This document shows, one piece after another, positions 14,367 through 28,050 of a DNA stretch of 64,000 bases. The stretch lies in the NCBI GenBank assembly GCA_964016885.1, contig OZ024740.1, positions 347,944,001 to 348,008,000 on the forward strand, written 5' to 3'. Position 1 is the stretch's first letter, and each line of letters opens with the position of its first letter. The notes beneath the pieces were generated by a model, which was not told where the DNA came from, ran no database searches, and saw only the letters and a program-made list of their open reading frames with translations. The DNA is from Eledone cirrhosa (lineage: Eukaryota). A program made the position numbers and the translations under genes.

Positions 14367-15041
14367 TGTGTATCTGGATATAATGCTGTAAATATCCTAT
14401 TTTCACGCTCTGTAAAATATACATGTTAAATGTTGTGTCTACACAAGTATGTCATACTCATGTGGCGAACAGCACAAGAAAAAATGAACTCATTTCTAGC
14501 GTTATAATACGTTCTTCAGACGATACAGCTTATATATATATATGATTAAATCAAACATACAAATATCTAATGATAAATGGTACTGGTAACATTACTACAA
14601 AAATTAAATTAATGACTTGATAAAATTTTTCAATTATTGGAAATAAACATTTTAAGTTAAACTAAATAACAATGAAAAAAATTGTAACCATCTAATGAAA
14701 CATTACCCTGTTTCAAATTTATATCAAAGCAATAATGTTCACTAAGTACAAGGCAAATTCGTTTCACCCACAGAGAAATAAAATCACACATGTCTGTACA
14801 CAATGAAAACTATATTGAATTTCCGGTACTTTATGTTTTAAATAAACAATATGGTAACTCCTATTGTGATTTTTACATATTTTATTTGCTTTGACAATTC
14901 ACTTGAAATTAGTCATGTTTGCTGATATATGTAGATACAAACAAACATAGGCATGCAAACACACACACACATATGTGCATGTGTGTGTATTTGCATGCCC
15001 ACATATATACGTGTATATTTATGTAGAACGTCAGAGAATGC

Positions 15042-15076
<35 letters not shown>

Positions 15077-15079
<3 letters not shown>

Positions 15080-15406
15080 TGGCTGCCAACTCGTTTTCGA
15101 GTACGGCCACTACTTTATATCCATGTAGGAGAGCCCCTACCGATGCGCTGAACAAGTGTGACTTTTTAGTCCAGCCAGCGACTTGAAAACTCTGGTACAA
15201 ACACTACACCTGTGACAATTATTGACACATAGTGCTGGGCCCATGGTACCATGTGACGACAAGTGCAGAGAGATCTCCAGTGCCGTGAAGCTTTTATAGT
15301 GAGCAAAGGCACTGCACAAAGCCAGTCCCACTCTCTTAACCAAGATGATATTTACTAAAAAGAAGTACAAGTCAACATCATTGGATACCATCAGGGTTGC
15401 AGGTGT

Positions 15407-15410
<4 letters not shown>
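15077..15410 (-). mobile_element. Short non-autonomous retroelement or LINE 3' end with a C2H2 remnant (RTE-like)
   Basis: Encodes CSVCTRVFKSLAGLKSH and ends ..GAGTTGGCAGCCACCA into (TA)n. Copies at 36835-37094 (+) and 41295-41775 (-). Confidence 0.65.
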
Positions 15411-15484
<74 letters not shown>

Positions 15485-15712
15485 GGAGGTGAGTTTTATT
15501 GTAGCACAATAAAGCAATGCAAATATCGGATAAGTAGCACTCTACAGTTTGTAGACAATGTTAATGAATTTCGATTCCTGGACAAGGCGATGCGTTATGT
15601 CCTTGAGCAAGACACTTTATTTCACGTTGCTCCTTCTACCTGGAGTTGCGACCGATAGATAGTATTAGCAATTGGAAAGACCAATTGGACATATTGGAAA
15701 GTCGATCGTTTC

Positions 15713-15749
<37 letters not shown>

Positions 15750-16014
15750 GCATGCATAGGACTACACTAAATCCAGGGCCTCGTCTTTCCGGAAACGCAT
15801 AGCTAAATGCGGAAACAAAGACGGAAGGTTCATTGTCACAATTTTAGCGACAGAAAGAAACGTTGGCACGTTACGTATCAAAGAAGCACTTTGGATCAAA
15901 CGCCTAGGGCCACAATTAAACAACCGATCCGAGAGAAACGAAATGAGGTGGTTGGTTTAAGTTAACAAACGATGCAGCAACACACGCACACACACACACA
16001 GGCGAGACAGCAAC

Positions 16015-16062
<48 letters not shown>

Positions 16063-16152
16063 GCATTCCACCATACGAACATACTACACTGCCAATACAG
16101 AGGAACAAGGCAACAACACACGCACACACACACACACTCAAGTGAGACAACA

Positions 16153-16179
<27 letters not shown>

Positions 16180-16185
<6 letters not shown>

Positions 16186-16689
16186 CATTCAACAACAGGC
16201 AGAGAATGGACTGACCTCTAGCGCCACCCCACTCCCACAATTGAAAGAACTAGTTCGGCCGCTGACCTCTTCCTGACCGACCCCATTTCACGCGCACGCG
16301 CGCTCTGCTGAATACCTCAGATATTCAAAACAACGAACAGCGGAGGACACGTTTCGCACCTTTCCGACAGACAACGTTTCCCCCAATCCGGAAAAAAACC
16401 CCAGTTGATGGATGTGAATCCGAAATATATAGGGACAATTAAATCTCTCCCAAGGTAACTCTCACTCGTGTTGTTATTTTTATTTTTATCGTTTACGCTC
16501 TTTCCTTCATTCCTCTACACGTCTTATACACGCCACGCATCTCAACGTACACCCACTTACATCTCTCTCTCCACCACCGGATCTTGTTACCCGGAGATTC
16601 ACCCATTTGCATTGTCGAGGCTTCCAAACGACTTAAAGAAATTTACCTTATTATTCCACAATGCTTCAAGCAAACTTCAATACTCTCTT

Positions 16690-16690
<1 letters not shown>
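16180..16690 (+). mobile_element. Pseudo-LTR-like repeat with variant hammerhead at 16399-16434
   Basis: Homologous to 55982-56370. Motif CCC-CAGTTGA-TGGAT-GTGA-ATCC-GAAAT-AT-ATA-GGG. Confidence 0.6.
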
Positions 16691-16758
<68 letters not shown>

Positions 16759-16793
16759 TTACAGTAATCAAAGTTCAGTTTAAGTCATTTATT

Positions 16794-16840
16794 TGCTTAC
16801 AATTGTTTCCTCCAAACCGAGGTTTGGATTCTTCGGAGCA
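16794..16840 (-). ncRNA. Variant minimal hammerhead in the downstream pLTR (core CCGAAGA)
   Basis: TGCT-CCGAAGA-A-TCCAAAC-CTCG-GTTTGGA-G-GAAAC-AATT-GTA-AGCA, followed by AATAAA. Confidence 0.75.
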
Positions 16841-18373
16841 GCTATTTATAACATACTTGACCTCCTTTTCAACCCAAGAGACACATAAAACATATGCGCA
16901 TATTGATCAACAGTGGGGTGACATTCATCAAATGAAATAGCATGGCAATTTACATATAAAGTGTTACATGATAAAAATAAAATAAAAACAAGAGTGAAAA
17001 TAAGAGTGAAAATAAAGATAAACATGAAGCTTTGGCAGTCTATGAAGATAAAGCAAGAGGAAAGTTTAGAGTAGTCAGTGTATGAAGCAATCTCCCGTGT
17101 AGCATGCACGCTTGTCTTATCTATACATTATTAGAGTGCGTCAGAATGATATTTGCAGGGTCAGGCAGTTGAAGCAGGCAATGGATCTTATTATATAGGC
17201 TGAATTATTAAGTCATTTATTCTCATATACCTGTATGGTATACAGTCTCGGATGCGGGGAAACACTAAAATATCAAAAACCTTCAACATACTATAAACCT
17301 TATTGTAGGCAAGGTCGTACCACTGTCCTTGCTCACACCACCACTCACATAATCCATGAGACGCAATATATATATAGAGAACACGCGTCTATCGTATAAT
17401 TTGCAGTGGTTCAGCATATAGTCAAGCTATAAACCGTATCCAGTCGGTTCTTAATTGATATGTCATGCTGTCCAAATTCCGGAAGTGCCTGAATGATTAA
17501 GGGAAATTAATGCGTAAGGGGAGGTAACTAGCTAGTTATTTTAGTTACTTTACTATGCTAAACTACAATAATGGTGATTCAAAAACGTGCCTATCATGTG
17601 AAGTTATAACTAATATCTAGGGTATGGTACCCAATTATAGGTTAGAGAGTTGTTCATTAAGAAGTACAAGGGTGTATATATTAGGATGATTACCAACCAC
17701 TAATTAAGGGGTGTCATATCTGAACGTTCTATAAGAGGAGTCAGGCTCTCAAGTTACTGCTCCATGCAAATGTAATATAACAGTAGGACCTGGCATGGTC
17801 CCACTATTATATATGCCACCCGGTAGGCTCTGGGTCATTGCTTGCCTGCATCTCCAGTAAATCTTCGGTATGGTCCGGAGATCCGATCTCTCATATAAAT
17901 GCACTAGTCTGGCCATCAGGTAATAGACAACCCCCGTCTCGAATATAAATCAATTATGTATCACATCTCCAAGCTAGAGTGGAGTCTATTAATAGGTATT
18001 AAAGGAGTCCACATCAAGATGATTACGTGCATAATTCTATGAACTGATCGCTTACAGTATATAATCACTTAACAATACGATTATCTATCTAATCATCAAT
18101 CTATCTCTTGGTGGTAATCCATGCACAGGACTATGCTATCACAGCCATTACCGTGTCCCCAGTTTATACTAATCTTATATTTGTGCAATGCAGAATAAGT
18201 AGTCCACGGTCGAGATGTCAGTATTAGAGGTACAAGGGGGTATTCCCAGGTTAGGTGGCACTAGAATGCTGTCGGTATTATCTTTAGAGTATAGAGGTGG
18301 GTGTGGATGTGGGGTGTAAGGCGTGCTGCTGATGTTAATTGCTAGGGGTGGTGCCGGTTCCAGTCTGACATTA

Positions 18374-20857
18374 TTATATATAGGGTTTAAAGTTTTGGAA
18401 CGAGTGTCGGAAGCGGTGTTGGCAATTTGCGAACACTTCTGATTTTTTATTAAGGAGATTATGTTTAGAGAAGATTATAGTATGGGTCTCTAGTAGACAG
18501 AGGTTACAAAATTTATCAGGTGGTTTGTACGATGTTGCACTACCTATCACTTCCCATTTAAGTGTATATATTTTATTTTTAGTTTTTAGATAGTGTATGT
18601 AGCTAGATAGTGAAGTGGAGTTGGCTAGACTGTGTTTTTTGAAAGAGTGGAGGTGCGAATTGTATCTAGTTTTGAAGCAGTTAGAAGTTCAGCCTATGTA
18701 GGTTTCAGAAGAGCTGTTAGTTGTGACTGTACATGAGTATATGATATCCTTGGTTAAGCATTTTTTATCTAAAGGGCAGGTTCTACTTGATCTACAGTTA
18801 CAATTACTCTGGGTGCTAGTCTGCCGGTTACTATGCTGTGTATAAGTTTGGAGGTTAGCTATAGGGTTATGGTTATGCGGGTTGCGGTACGCAGCGTTAA
18901 TGTTTACACTAGTGTTATTACTATTATTTCCATTGATATTACGGTTATTTGTTATAATGTTACTTTGACTGTTATTTTGAATGTTATTTTGAAGGTTTAT
19001 CGACCGTTGTGATTTAGTTTGTTGGAAGTAAGAATTAATTTTTCTTTTATTTGTACTAGCTATGTGGTATGCTAAGTTAGGCGTAGTAGAGTATGAGATC
19101 TTAATAGTGTTTTTGTTTAAAAGGCCGTGGTACCTGTGGCCGGATGGGAAGTGTTTATCTAGTAGTGAGAAGAAAGCCCTAGGAAGGTTGGTAGAGACGT
19201 TTAAGTTGAAAGGAGGGTTGAAAAATGTATTATTTCTTCTTCTATTTCTGTTTTTTATGTCTGGTGATTTGTTTCCTTTAATGTTCCTATGGTCATTTCT
19301 GTGGTGCGGGTTACTCTTGTTGTTACAATCCCTATTAGTGTGTGTGCAGTTGCTATTCTTATTATTAAATTTTCCCATGGACATGTTGTGTGAAATGATG
19401 TTGTAGCTATGTGTTTTTGTCGGTAGGAACTCTATCCCTGTATTATGGCCTGATCTAGCTAATGCCTGATTATAATACGGCGAGTTATTGTTAAACGTGT
19501 TTATGTCATAGGATAGATTAGAGATTCTATTAGATACTCCCTTAGAGATAGAGTTCAATATAGATTTAGGGTGGTTAGACTTGGTATCTACGTAGATGAG
19601 TTTTTCATTAGGTTTGTGGAAAGGTGCATATATCATTGAGTCTAAGTAGAGTGTGGCGTCTAGGAAGTTGACGTTTTTGGTGTTTTTGTCCATGGTAATA
19701 CTAAGGTTAAAGTTTTTGAATGTTTTGTGCAATAGTTTTCTAGTCCTTCCTATACTGAATTTTTTATAGTCTATAAGTAGAAGTGCATCGTCGCGATACA
19801 AACCACCGCTGAGGTATGGAAGTTCCCTGTGGATTAGGTTAAGTAAGTATAGGCCAACCAAATCAGTGACCTGCGCCGAGTCACTAGACCCCATAGTAAT
19901 GTCGAAGTTGTTTTGCGTGTCCTTGCGGGTCCATAATTGGTCCTCAAAGGTGATTATTGTTTTACGGGCCGCAAGTATGACATCAATCTGGGGTCTAGTC
20001 AAGTCACTATTGTCCATGGCCATTATAAGTGCCTTATTTAGTAGGATAGGGGAAATAGAGGTGTAGTAAGAGTTGATATCAAATTGAATACATTTTTTAT
20101 CCTTATTATCTATGATATTTTTGAACCATTCAATCACCTCACCCGTATTTCCCCATTGCTTAAGGTAAATCTTGTGTTTAATCTGTGGGATGATTTTGTC
20201 TAGGATTTTTTTACTGATAATGCCAATGTCAGACCTGGAGGGGCAGATTAGTCTAATCGAGGGGTTGCTAATGAAGTCTACCTTATGGTCCTTCAGAGAG
20301 AATCTAGGGGGGTTTGGGGTGTAAGGTTGTGTATGTCTCTGGAGCCCTAGTTTGGATACTATATTATAGCCTTCCATATTAATATCTTCTAAGTTTTTCA
20401 TAGTGGTTTTCTTGTAGCTTTTATGTAGTTCATTATATATAAACTTTCTATACGTATTATAATCTAGGCTGGATATGTTATTAGTTTTGTCGGCATGTAC
20501 ACAAATTTTACTACTAGTTTTGAAGTCATTAATAGAGGTGCTAAGTTTGTTTAAGAAGGTGTTGTTTTTATTATGGTGTTTTTTGTATTTAATGTTTTTA
20601 ACTAGTTTAATTAGGTCGTTTTCGAAGAGGTTTAGTAGTGCGTTATGAGGGAGGCTTCTAAATGTTTTAAAGCCGAAGGAGTCAAATTTGTTGGTGTTAT
20701 TATCCTTGCCAGATTTGTTTCTATCATAATGGAATGTCCTCCATCTCACTCTATTGATAAAGGAGTTTACACTGTTGATCAACAACTTTTCATATGTATT
20801 TTTGGTTGGTAAAGGTATGTTCTTGGTTGACATAGGGAGTTGGTCTTTGATCAGCAT
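18374..20857 (-). CDS. PLE RT + GIY-YIG endonuclease protein with a single in-frame TGA at 18689-18691
   Basis: The 722-aa ORF (QFDINSYY, MGSSDS, LYRDDAL, NFLDATL, CNCR..CPL..IIY..YIG) continues in frame past the TGA for 104 codons (TSNCFKTRYNSH..LSSYIH..W..CNLCLLE..LLNKKSE..CQH) to TAA at 18374-18376. Confidence 0.9.
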
Positions 20858-21113
20858 GCTGGTAATTTATGGTGTATCAGCTCAACAAAATGGAGCAGTT
20901 ATTAGTATTAAGGGTACTATTTATGGTTATGTATGCAATAAAACCTTTGATGGTAATATATTATATATACACAAACCTTAAATAGTGAGAGATAGTCTTT
21001 AATTACTATCCTATTACCAATAAGATAAATAGCTCAATGTAATAACATCAGTTGTTATACAGAGCAGTTATATAGAGATTACAGTAATCAAAGTTCAGTT
21101 TAAGTCATTTATT

Positions 21114-21160
21114 TGCTTACAATTGTTTCCTCCAAACCGAGGTTTGGATTCTTCGGAGCA
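21114..21160 (-). ncRNA. Variant minimal hammerhead in the upstream pLTR
   Basis: Identical to 16794-16840. Confidence 0.75.
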
Positions 21161-22494
21161 GCTATTTATAACATACTTGACCTCCTTTTCAACCCAAGAG
21201 ACACATAAAACATATGCGCATATTGATCAACAGTGGGGTGACATTCATCAAATGAAATAGCATGGCAATTTACATATAAAGTGTTACATGATAAAAATAA
21301 AATAAAAACAAGAGTGAAAATAAGAGTGAAAATAAAGATAAACATGAAGCTTTGGCAGTCTATGAAGATAAAGCAAGAGGAAAGTTTAGAGTAGTCAGTG
21401 TATGAAGCAATCTCCCGTGTAGCATGCACGCTTGTCTTATCTATACATGATTAGAGTGCGTCAGAATGATATTTGCAGGGTCAGGCAGTTGAAGCAGGCA
21501 ATGGATCTTATTATATAGGCTGAATTATTAAGTCATTTATTCTCATATATCTGTATGGTATACAGTCTCGGATGCGGGGAAACACTAAAATATCAAAAAC
21601 CTTCAACATACTATAAACCTTATTGTAGGCAAGGTCGTACCACTGTCCTTGCTCACACCACCACTCACATAATCCATGAGACGCAATATATATATAGAGA
21701 ACACGCGTCTATCGTATAATTCGCAGTGGTTCAGCATATAGTCAAGCTATAAACCGTATCCAGTCGGTTCTTAATTGATATGTCATGCTGTCCAAATTCC
21801 GGAAGAGCCTGAATGATTAAGGGGAATTAATGCGTAAGGGGAGGTAACTAGCTAGTTATTTTAGTTACTTTACTATGCTAAACTACAATAATGGTGATTC
21901 AAAAACGTGCCTATCATGTGAAGTTATAACTAATATCTAGGGTATGGTACCCAATTATAGGTTAGAGAGTTGTTCATTAAGAAGTACAAGGGTGTATATA
22001 TTAGGATGATTACCAACCACTAATTAAGGGGTGTCATATCTGAACGTTCTATAAGAGGAGTCAGGCTCTCAAGTTACTGCTCCATGCAAATGTAATATAA
22101 CAGTAGGACCTGGCATGGTCCCACTATTATATATGCCACCCGGTAGGCTCTGGGTCATTGCTTGCCTGCATCTCCAGTAAATCTTCGGTATGGTCCGGAG
22201 ATCCGATCTCTCATATAAATGCACTAGTCTGGCCATCAGGTAATAGACAACCCCCGTCTCGAATATAAATCAATTATGTATCACATCTCCAAGCTAGAGT
22301 GGAGTCTATTAATAGGTATTAAAGGAGTCCACATCAAGATGATTACGTGCATAATTCTATGAACTGATCGCTTACAGTATATAATCACTTAACAATACGA
22401 TTATCTATCTAATCATCAATCTATCTCTTCAATATGCGCATATGTTTTATGTGTCTCTTGGGTTGAAAAGGAGGTCAAGTATGTTATAAATAGC

Positions 22495-22541
22495 TGCTCC
22501 GAAGAATCCAAACCTCGGTTTGGAGGAAACAATTGTAAGCA
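22495..22541 (+). ncRNA. Variant minimal hammerhead in the inverted segment
   Basis: Identical motif on the + strand. Confidence 0.75.
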
Positions 22542-22747
22542 AATAAATGACTTAAACTGAACTTTGATTACTGTAATCTCTATATAACTGCTCTGTATAA
22601 CAACTGATGTTATTACATTGAGCTATTTATCTTACTGGTAATAGGATAGTAATTAAAGACTATCTCTCACTATTTAGGGTTTGTGTATATATAATATATT
22701 ACCATCAAAGGTTTTATTGCATACATAACCATAAATAGTACCCTTAA

Positions 22748-23535
<788 letters not shown>

Positions 23536-24007
23536 GTAATAATAATAAATTTGAAGACTAAAATCCAACATTCGTGTATTTATATGTAGGTATATGTGTG
23601 CGCTTGTTATATACGTATTTATATACGTTTATATAATTATTTATTTATTCGTATACACGCACGCTCCACATAAGACGTATTATCTTCGTTTTTTCGTTCA
23701 TTGCCAGAGAACGTCCCTATGCACCACCTAAGAGAACATTAGTCTACGACTTCTTTTATACCATAAACGTGGTTCTGTCTTTGCGCGTAATTGTTTTTCA
23801 CTGCTCCTATTAATGACGTATTATTCGTTTTTTCCCGTTCTTTGCCAGCGAACGTTTCCACGAACCAAAGTATCGTCTTCCTGTCTTCCTCCGGTTGCAA
23901 CGTTTTTTGAAATATTCACTTCTGCGTTCACAGATTGACTTTGTTAGTTTCAGAAGATCCCGTTAAGGGCGAAAGCAGCGATTCTTTGTTGAGACTTTAA
24001 TCTGTTA

Positions 24008-24072
<65 letters not shown>

Positions 24073-24201
24073 GCATGTATATATATATACAGACGTACTA
24101 CATAAATATACAGGTATATGTGTGGGCATGTGTGTGTTTGTGTGTGTATATATCTATATATATATATGACAGACTCTCATTACTGTCATTACTGCCACAG
24201 A

Positions 24202-24286
24202 GGTCCGACGAGCTATTGATTCAAGAGTCGGGCCATATCGATACAGATCGAACCTTGAACTGATCAGTAGAGAAACGCGCGTCACC
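24202..24286 (+). ncRNA. Variant hammerhead (core CCGACGA, long stem II) in a dispersed repeat (about 24195-24325)
   Basis: GGT-CCGACGA-GCTATTGATT..GATCAGTAGA-GAAAC-GCGC-GTC-ACC. Second copy at 41802-41886. Confidence 0.65.
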
Positions 24287-24339
24287 AACCAATAAATGTA
24301 ATGAAAGAGTAACCATTCGTCCTTGTATTATTACATTTT

Positions 24340-24510
24340 TTTTCTACTTTTGGCACAAAGCCGGCAATTATTCTAGTACATTACTGGTACTTTCTTTTAT
24401 AGACCCAGTAAGGATAAAAGGCAAAGTTAATCTCGTCGGGATTTGAACTCAGATCATGAAGGGCCATAACTCCTATGCTGTAAAGCATGGTGCCTGACGC
24501 TCTATCGATA
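24340..24510 (-). mobile_element. SINE (same family as 5726), diverged
   Basis: Reverse complement of B box, core and tail. Confidence 0.8.
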
Positions 24511-24899
24511 CACGCGCGTTATTATATATTATATTATGTATTATATTACACTCTGTGTAATATAATATATATATACATGCAAAAGGCAAACAAAAATAAC
24601 AGTACGAACGACACAGTACAATGAAAAAAAATATTATTAGTTTTACGCAAGATGTAGTAGGAAAAGAGTCTTAACGTTTCGGACGCTTGTATTTCAACAG
24701 AAAATAGAATGAGAAATTAAAAGAATGAGGAGACGGGAAGAGGCGGAAACGAAAAAACAAATTTATGCATACATAATACCGTAAACCTATACTACTCAAC
24801 TTGAGCACTTAAATATAAATCTCTATATTATATACCACCACATAACACCATACATATATGCTATACTGAACAAATACCACGACAATTAGATACAAACTT

Positions 24900-25560
24900 C
24901 TATATCTGAACATTTTATTTACGCATCTGAATTCGGATTCGAACTTAACGCCAAAGTCCCTCTGTATCTTAACTTTGGATAACTTTACTGTTTCTGCGGC
25001 AACCTTTCGTGCTTTTCTCTGATATCTTGATTGAACCAAGTGTTTTCCATAAGCAGAAATTCTCGGTTGAAACAGCCACCATCCATTTCAACTTACCAAT
25101 TTGAGTTCTGTAAATTTGGATGCAGTATTATCCGCATACCTTGTACTGAATTCCTTATCTGTCATAGCTTGCTACTTTATCCTGTATGCTAACCAGGAAC
25201 TGTAAGTTTTGTGAGTTTCCTTGGATTTAGGTATTCTCAAGCTGAAGAATACTGTATGATCAGTTAACAGCTCGACCCTCTCCAGCACAGAATCGAAGAG
25301 ATCAAACACTATAATAAAATCAATTAGTGATATCTCCCTTGATTCCCCATACATAATTTATCTTTATGTATGTCTTTGTGATGGAAGAAGATGTTTATAA
25401 TAGAAAGCCATTGACTAGAACAGAATCTTAATAAAGCCTCTCCATTCATATGTAGATCGGGATCGTGTTCCTCCCAATCATTCTTTTCCATGTTAGGTGT
25501 TCAGTGACAACATCTCTCAGGATTGGAGGCTTCTGTTAGGATATTTGACTCAGTCATAAC
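24900..25560 (-). pseudogene. RTE-like LINE fragment (end of APE domain and linker), degraded
   Basis: SLIDFIIV..DL..VL..ELLTDH (APE C-terminus) and AAETVKLSK..FGVKFESEFRCVNKMF, with stops and frameshifts. Confidence 0.6.
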
Positions 25561-26345
25561 TACATCTAACGCAGCAGGTACTTCAGCAAGGAAAGATCTG
25601 TATTCAGAGTCTTTGGTGTATAAACACCACCCACAAAGAAATATATTTCAGCCGAAGCTTCAAAATGCAAATCCACCCTCCTAATGGGATCGTGTCCATA
25701 AAACATTCTGATTACCTGGAGCTTGTGAGTATCCCCACCCCCACCTGTGCAATCATTTCTGGCGGCACATCGGAATAGTGCAGTTACCATGTTCCGTCCA
25801 AATGTACAGTTTCAGAGCCATGAAACTTTGCCGAGGAAACCTGTAAAGGTTGTGATTTTGCAGGTTCCAATTTTACAATTTGCTCTCTTTTGGTCACTTG
25901 ATACGCAATTTTTATGCACTCATCTTACATCTCCCAGGGCATATCGCAGACGCATCGGCAATTTTTACAGCATGAAATGGAGAAAGAAATATATATATTT
26001 TGAACAGGCCACTCTAGCGAAGTCCTGAACGCGTCCTTTGTTAACCCGCGCGAAGGACGATGCAGTATGACAGCTTTAGTTGTCTAGCCATTTTGCATAT
26101 TTTTGTGTTCATATTGGCGCCAGTCACGGATCTGGTTTTTTCCCCCTAACCGAGTATACTGTTAACTTAAATCCTAATATGAGAAAAGTTTCCTGCTTTG
26201 TAGAATCGAGACGTATCCGTGGACCGCGCGATTTCAGAGTCAGATTTGGTCACCATATCGATCGTGCCTCGAGCTGGTCGCCCGAGAAACAATTGTAATA
26301 TGTCCAATAAATTCCTTTCGTCGCAACACTGATTACCTTTTTTCT

Positions 26346-26420
<75 letters not shown>

Positions 26421-26694
26421 AAAGTATGTGTTCCTACATGTAATTAATACACACAGAGACACAAGTATAGTCCGACCATATGCCAGTGTGGTTCATTGGC
26501 AAGTTAATAAATTATCAAGCCAGAACATATAAAATCAAGGGAGTGTAAATACAGAAAAAATCTTTAAAAATAATAAATAAATTCCAAAAAATTCCCTGTA
26601 CTTACTATATGTGCCCTTACCGCGGTTTCAGATCCCAAACGAATATATAATCCAAGCGGATTCAACTGAGAAAGAGATCATAATATATATATAT

Positions 26695-27110
26695 TGACCA
26701 CTTCCTGTTGTGCGCACACCCCAGATTTCTCCGCTTCCGCACAACCATACCAGGATTTTACACCACTGGTCATCGTTCCAGCTACCCATTCTACGACACG
26801 CGAAATCTCCTACATCTTGTCTCACACTCCAAGGAAATATCTTAGGAACATACACACGAACAAACACTTACATTATTTTCGAACAATGCCACCTACATCC
26901 ACACCACATATAAGCACAAACACACACGTGCGTATCGCCACACACTCAGCCTCCGGACTCCACACGCCCCACCCATCCCCATCCCTCTCCATCCACACGC
27001 ACGCACACACCGACTTACACCCCACCCCACGTACACACCGGTTTCCCTTTTACCTGAACATGGAACCTCGTTCTTCCCCCAACCCTCATATTCACACACA
27101 CACATACACT
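26695..27110 (+). mobile_element. C/A-rich repeat homologous to 48255-48680 (3' region of a Neptune-like PLE)
   Basis: Alignable by eye (TGACCACTTCCTGTTG..CTTAGGAAC..GAACATGGAACCTCGTTCTTCCCC). Confidence 0.7.
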
Positions 27111-27801
27111 GTGCTGATCATTATATATTCTGATCATTATATATTCTGACAAAATATAAGTGAGTTATGAATGTTGAATGTATAGATAATATAAAGTTAT
27201 CAGGTTCAACGCACAGTAATATATAACTAGGATCATTTCTTCCTCCAGAGGTGTTTATGAAAATCGTAGATTATTTTCCTAGTGAAAACCGTGCTTTGAA
27301 ACTGATGAATAAGAGAAAAGTATATTTATACACATATATATATAAAGGATTAAAATAACATGTTTCTTTAATATACTGAATTGTTTGTTTTGTTATTTTT
27401 CCAGTTACTTTTTGAACACACACACACACTTTCTCTCTAACTCTCTCTCTCTCATACACACAGACCCCCCCCCCCCTCATAAATACATATATATTAAAAT
27501 TATTTGTTTTCAGAAAAAAATCACAAAGGAACTCCAAAGAAAAAATCAACCATGTGGAAACATTAGTTTATTTCTAATCTCATAATAAAGATGTTTATGA
27601 ATTAATAGCTATAAATTCGAAGACTTACATACAGACTGCTAATGACTACGTTGCGATTTTTTTATATATGAATTATAGATATTTATCACAAGCGATATCA
27701 TATATCATATCTAATAAAGCAATAAAATAGAAAAATAATAACGTCAAGCTGTTCAATCTACTGTTTGTAAAGAATTACACACACACGCTACAACCCACCC
27801 C

Positions 27802-27852
<51 letters not shown>

Positions 27853-27930
27853 GTGTGTGTGCGTGTGCGTGTGTCTGTGTCTGTGTGTGGGTTGTGTGTA
27901 TGTATAATTCTATGCGCGCGTGTGTGTGAA

Positions 27931-27985
<55 letters not shown>

Positions 27986-28012
27986 GTGGTTACGCAAGTT
28001 AGTTCACCATAC

Positions 28013-28050
28013 CGAGAACAATTGTTTCACCTTAGCGGATCCTCAGCTCG
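28013..28050 (-). ncRNA. Minimal type I hammerhead
   Basis: CGAG-CTGAGGA-TCCGCTAAGGT-GAAAC-AATT-GTT-CTCG. Palindromic loop III. Confidence 0.7.

Noticed and set aside
16846-17109. 87-aa hydrophobic ORF duplicated at 21166-21429
   Set aside because: Hydrophobicity comes from T-rich short repeats in the pLTR, and the identity reflects the recent duplication. No coding evidence.
17405-17475. SECIS-like ATGA..AA..TGA arrangement in the PLE 3' region (minus strand)
   Set aside because: Helix II does not pair by eye. Other ATGA sites in the region also fail.
25570-25730. Possible inverted RT piece of the RTE-like LINE
   Set aside because: Similarity is too faint to support by eye.
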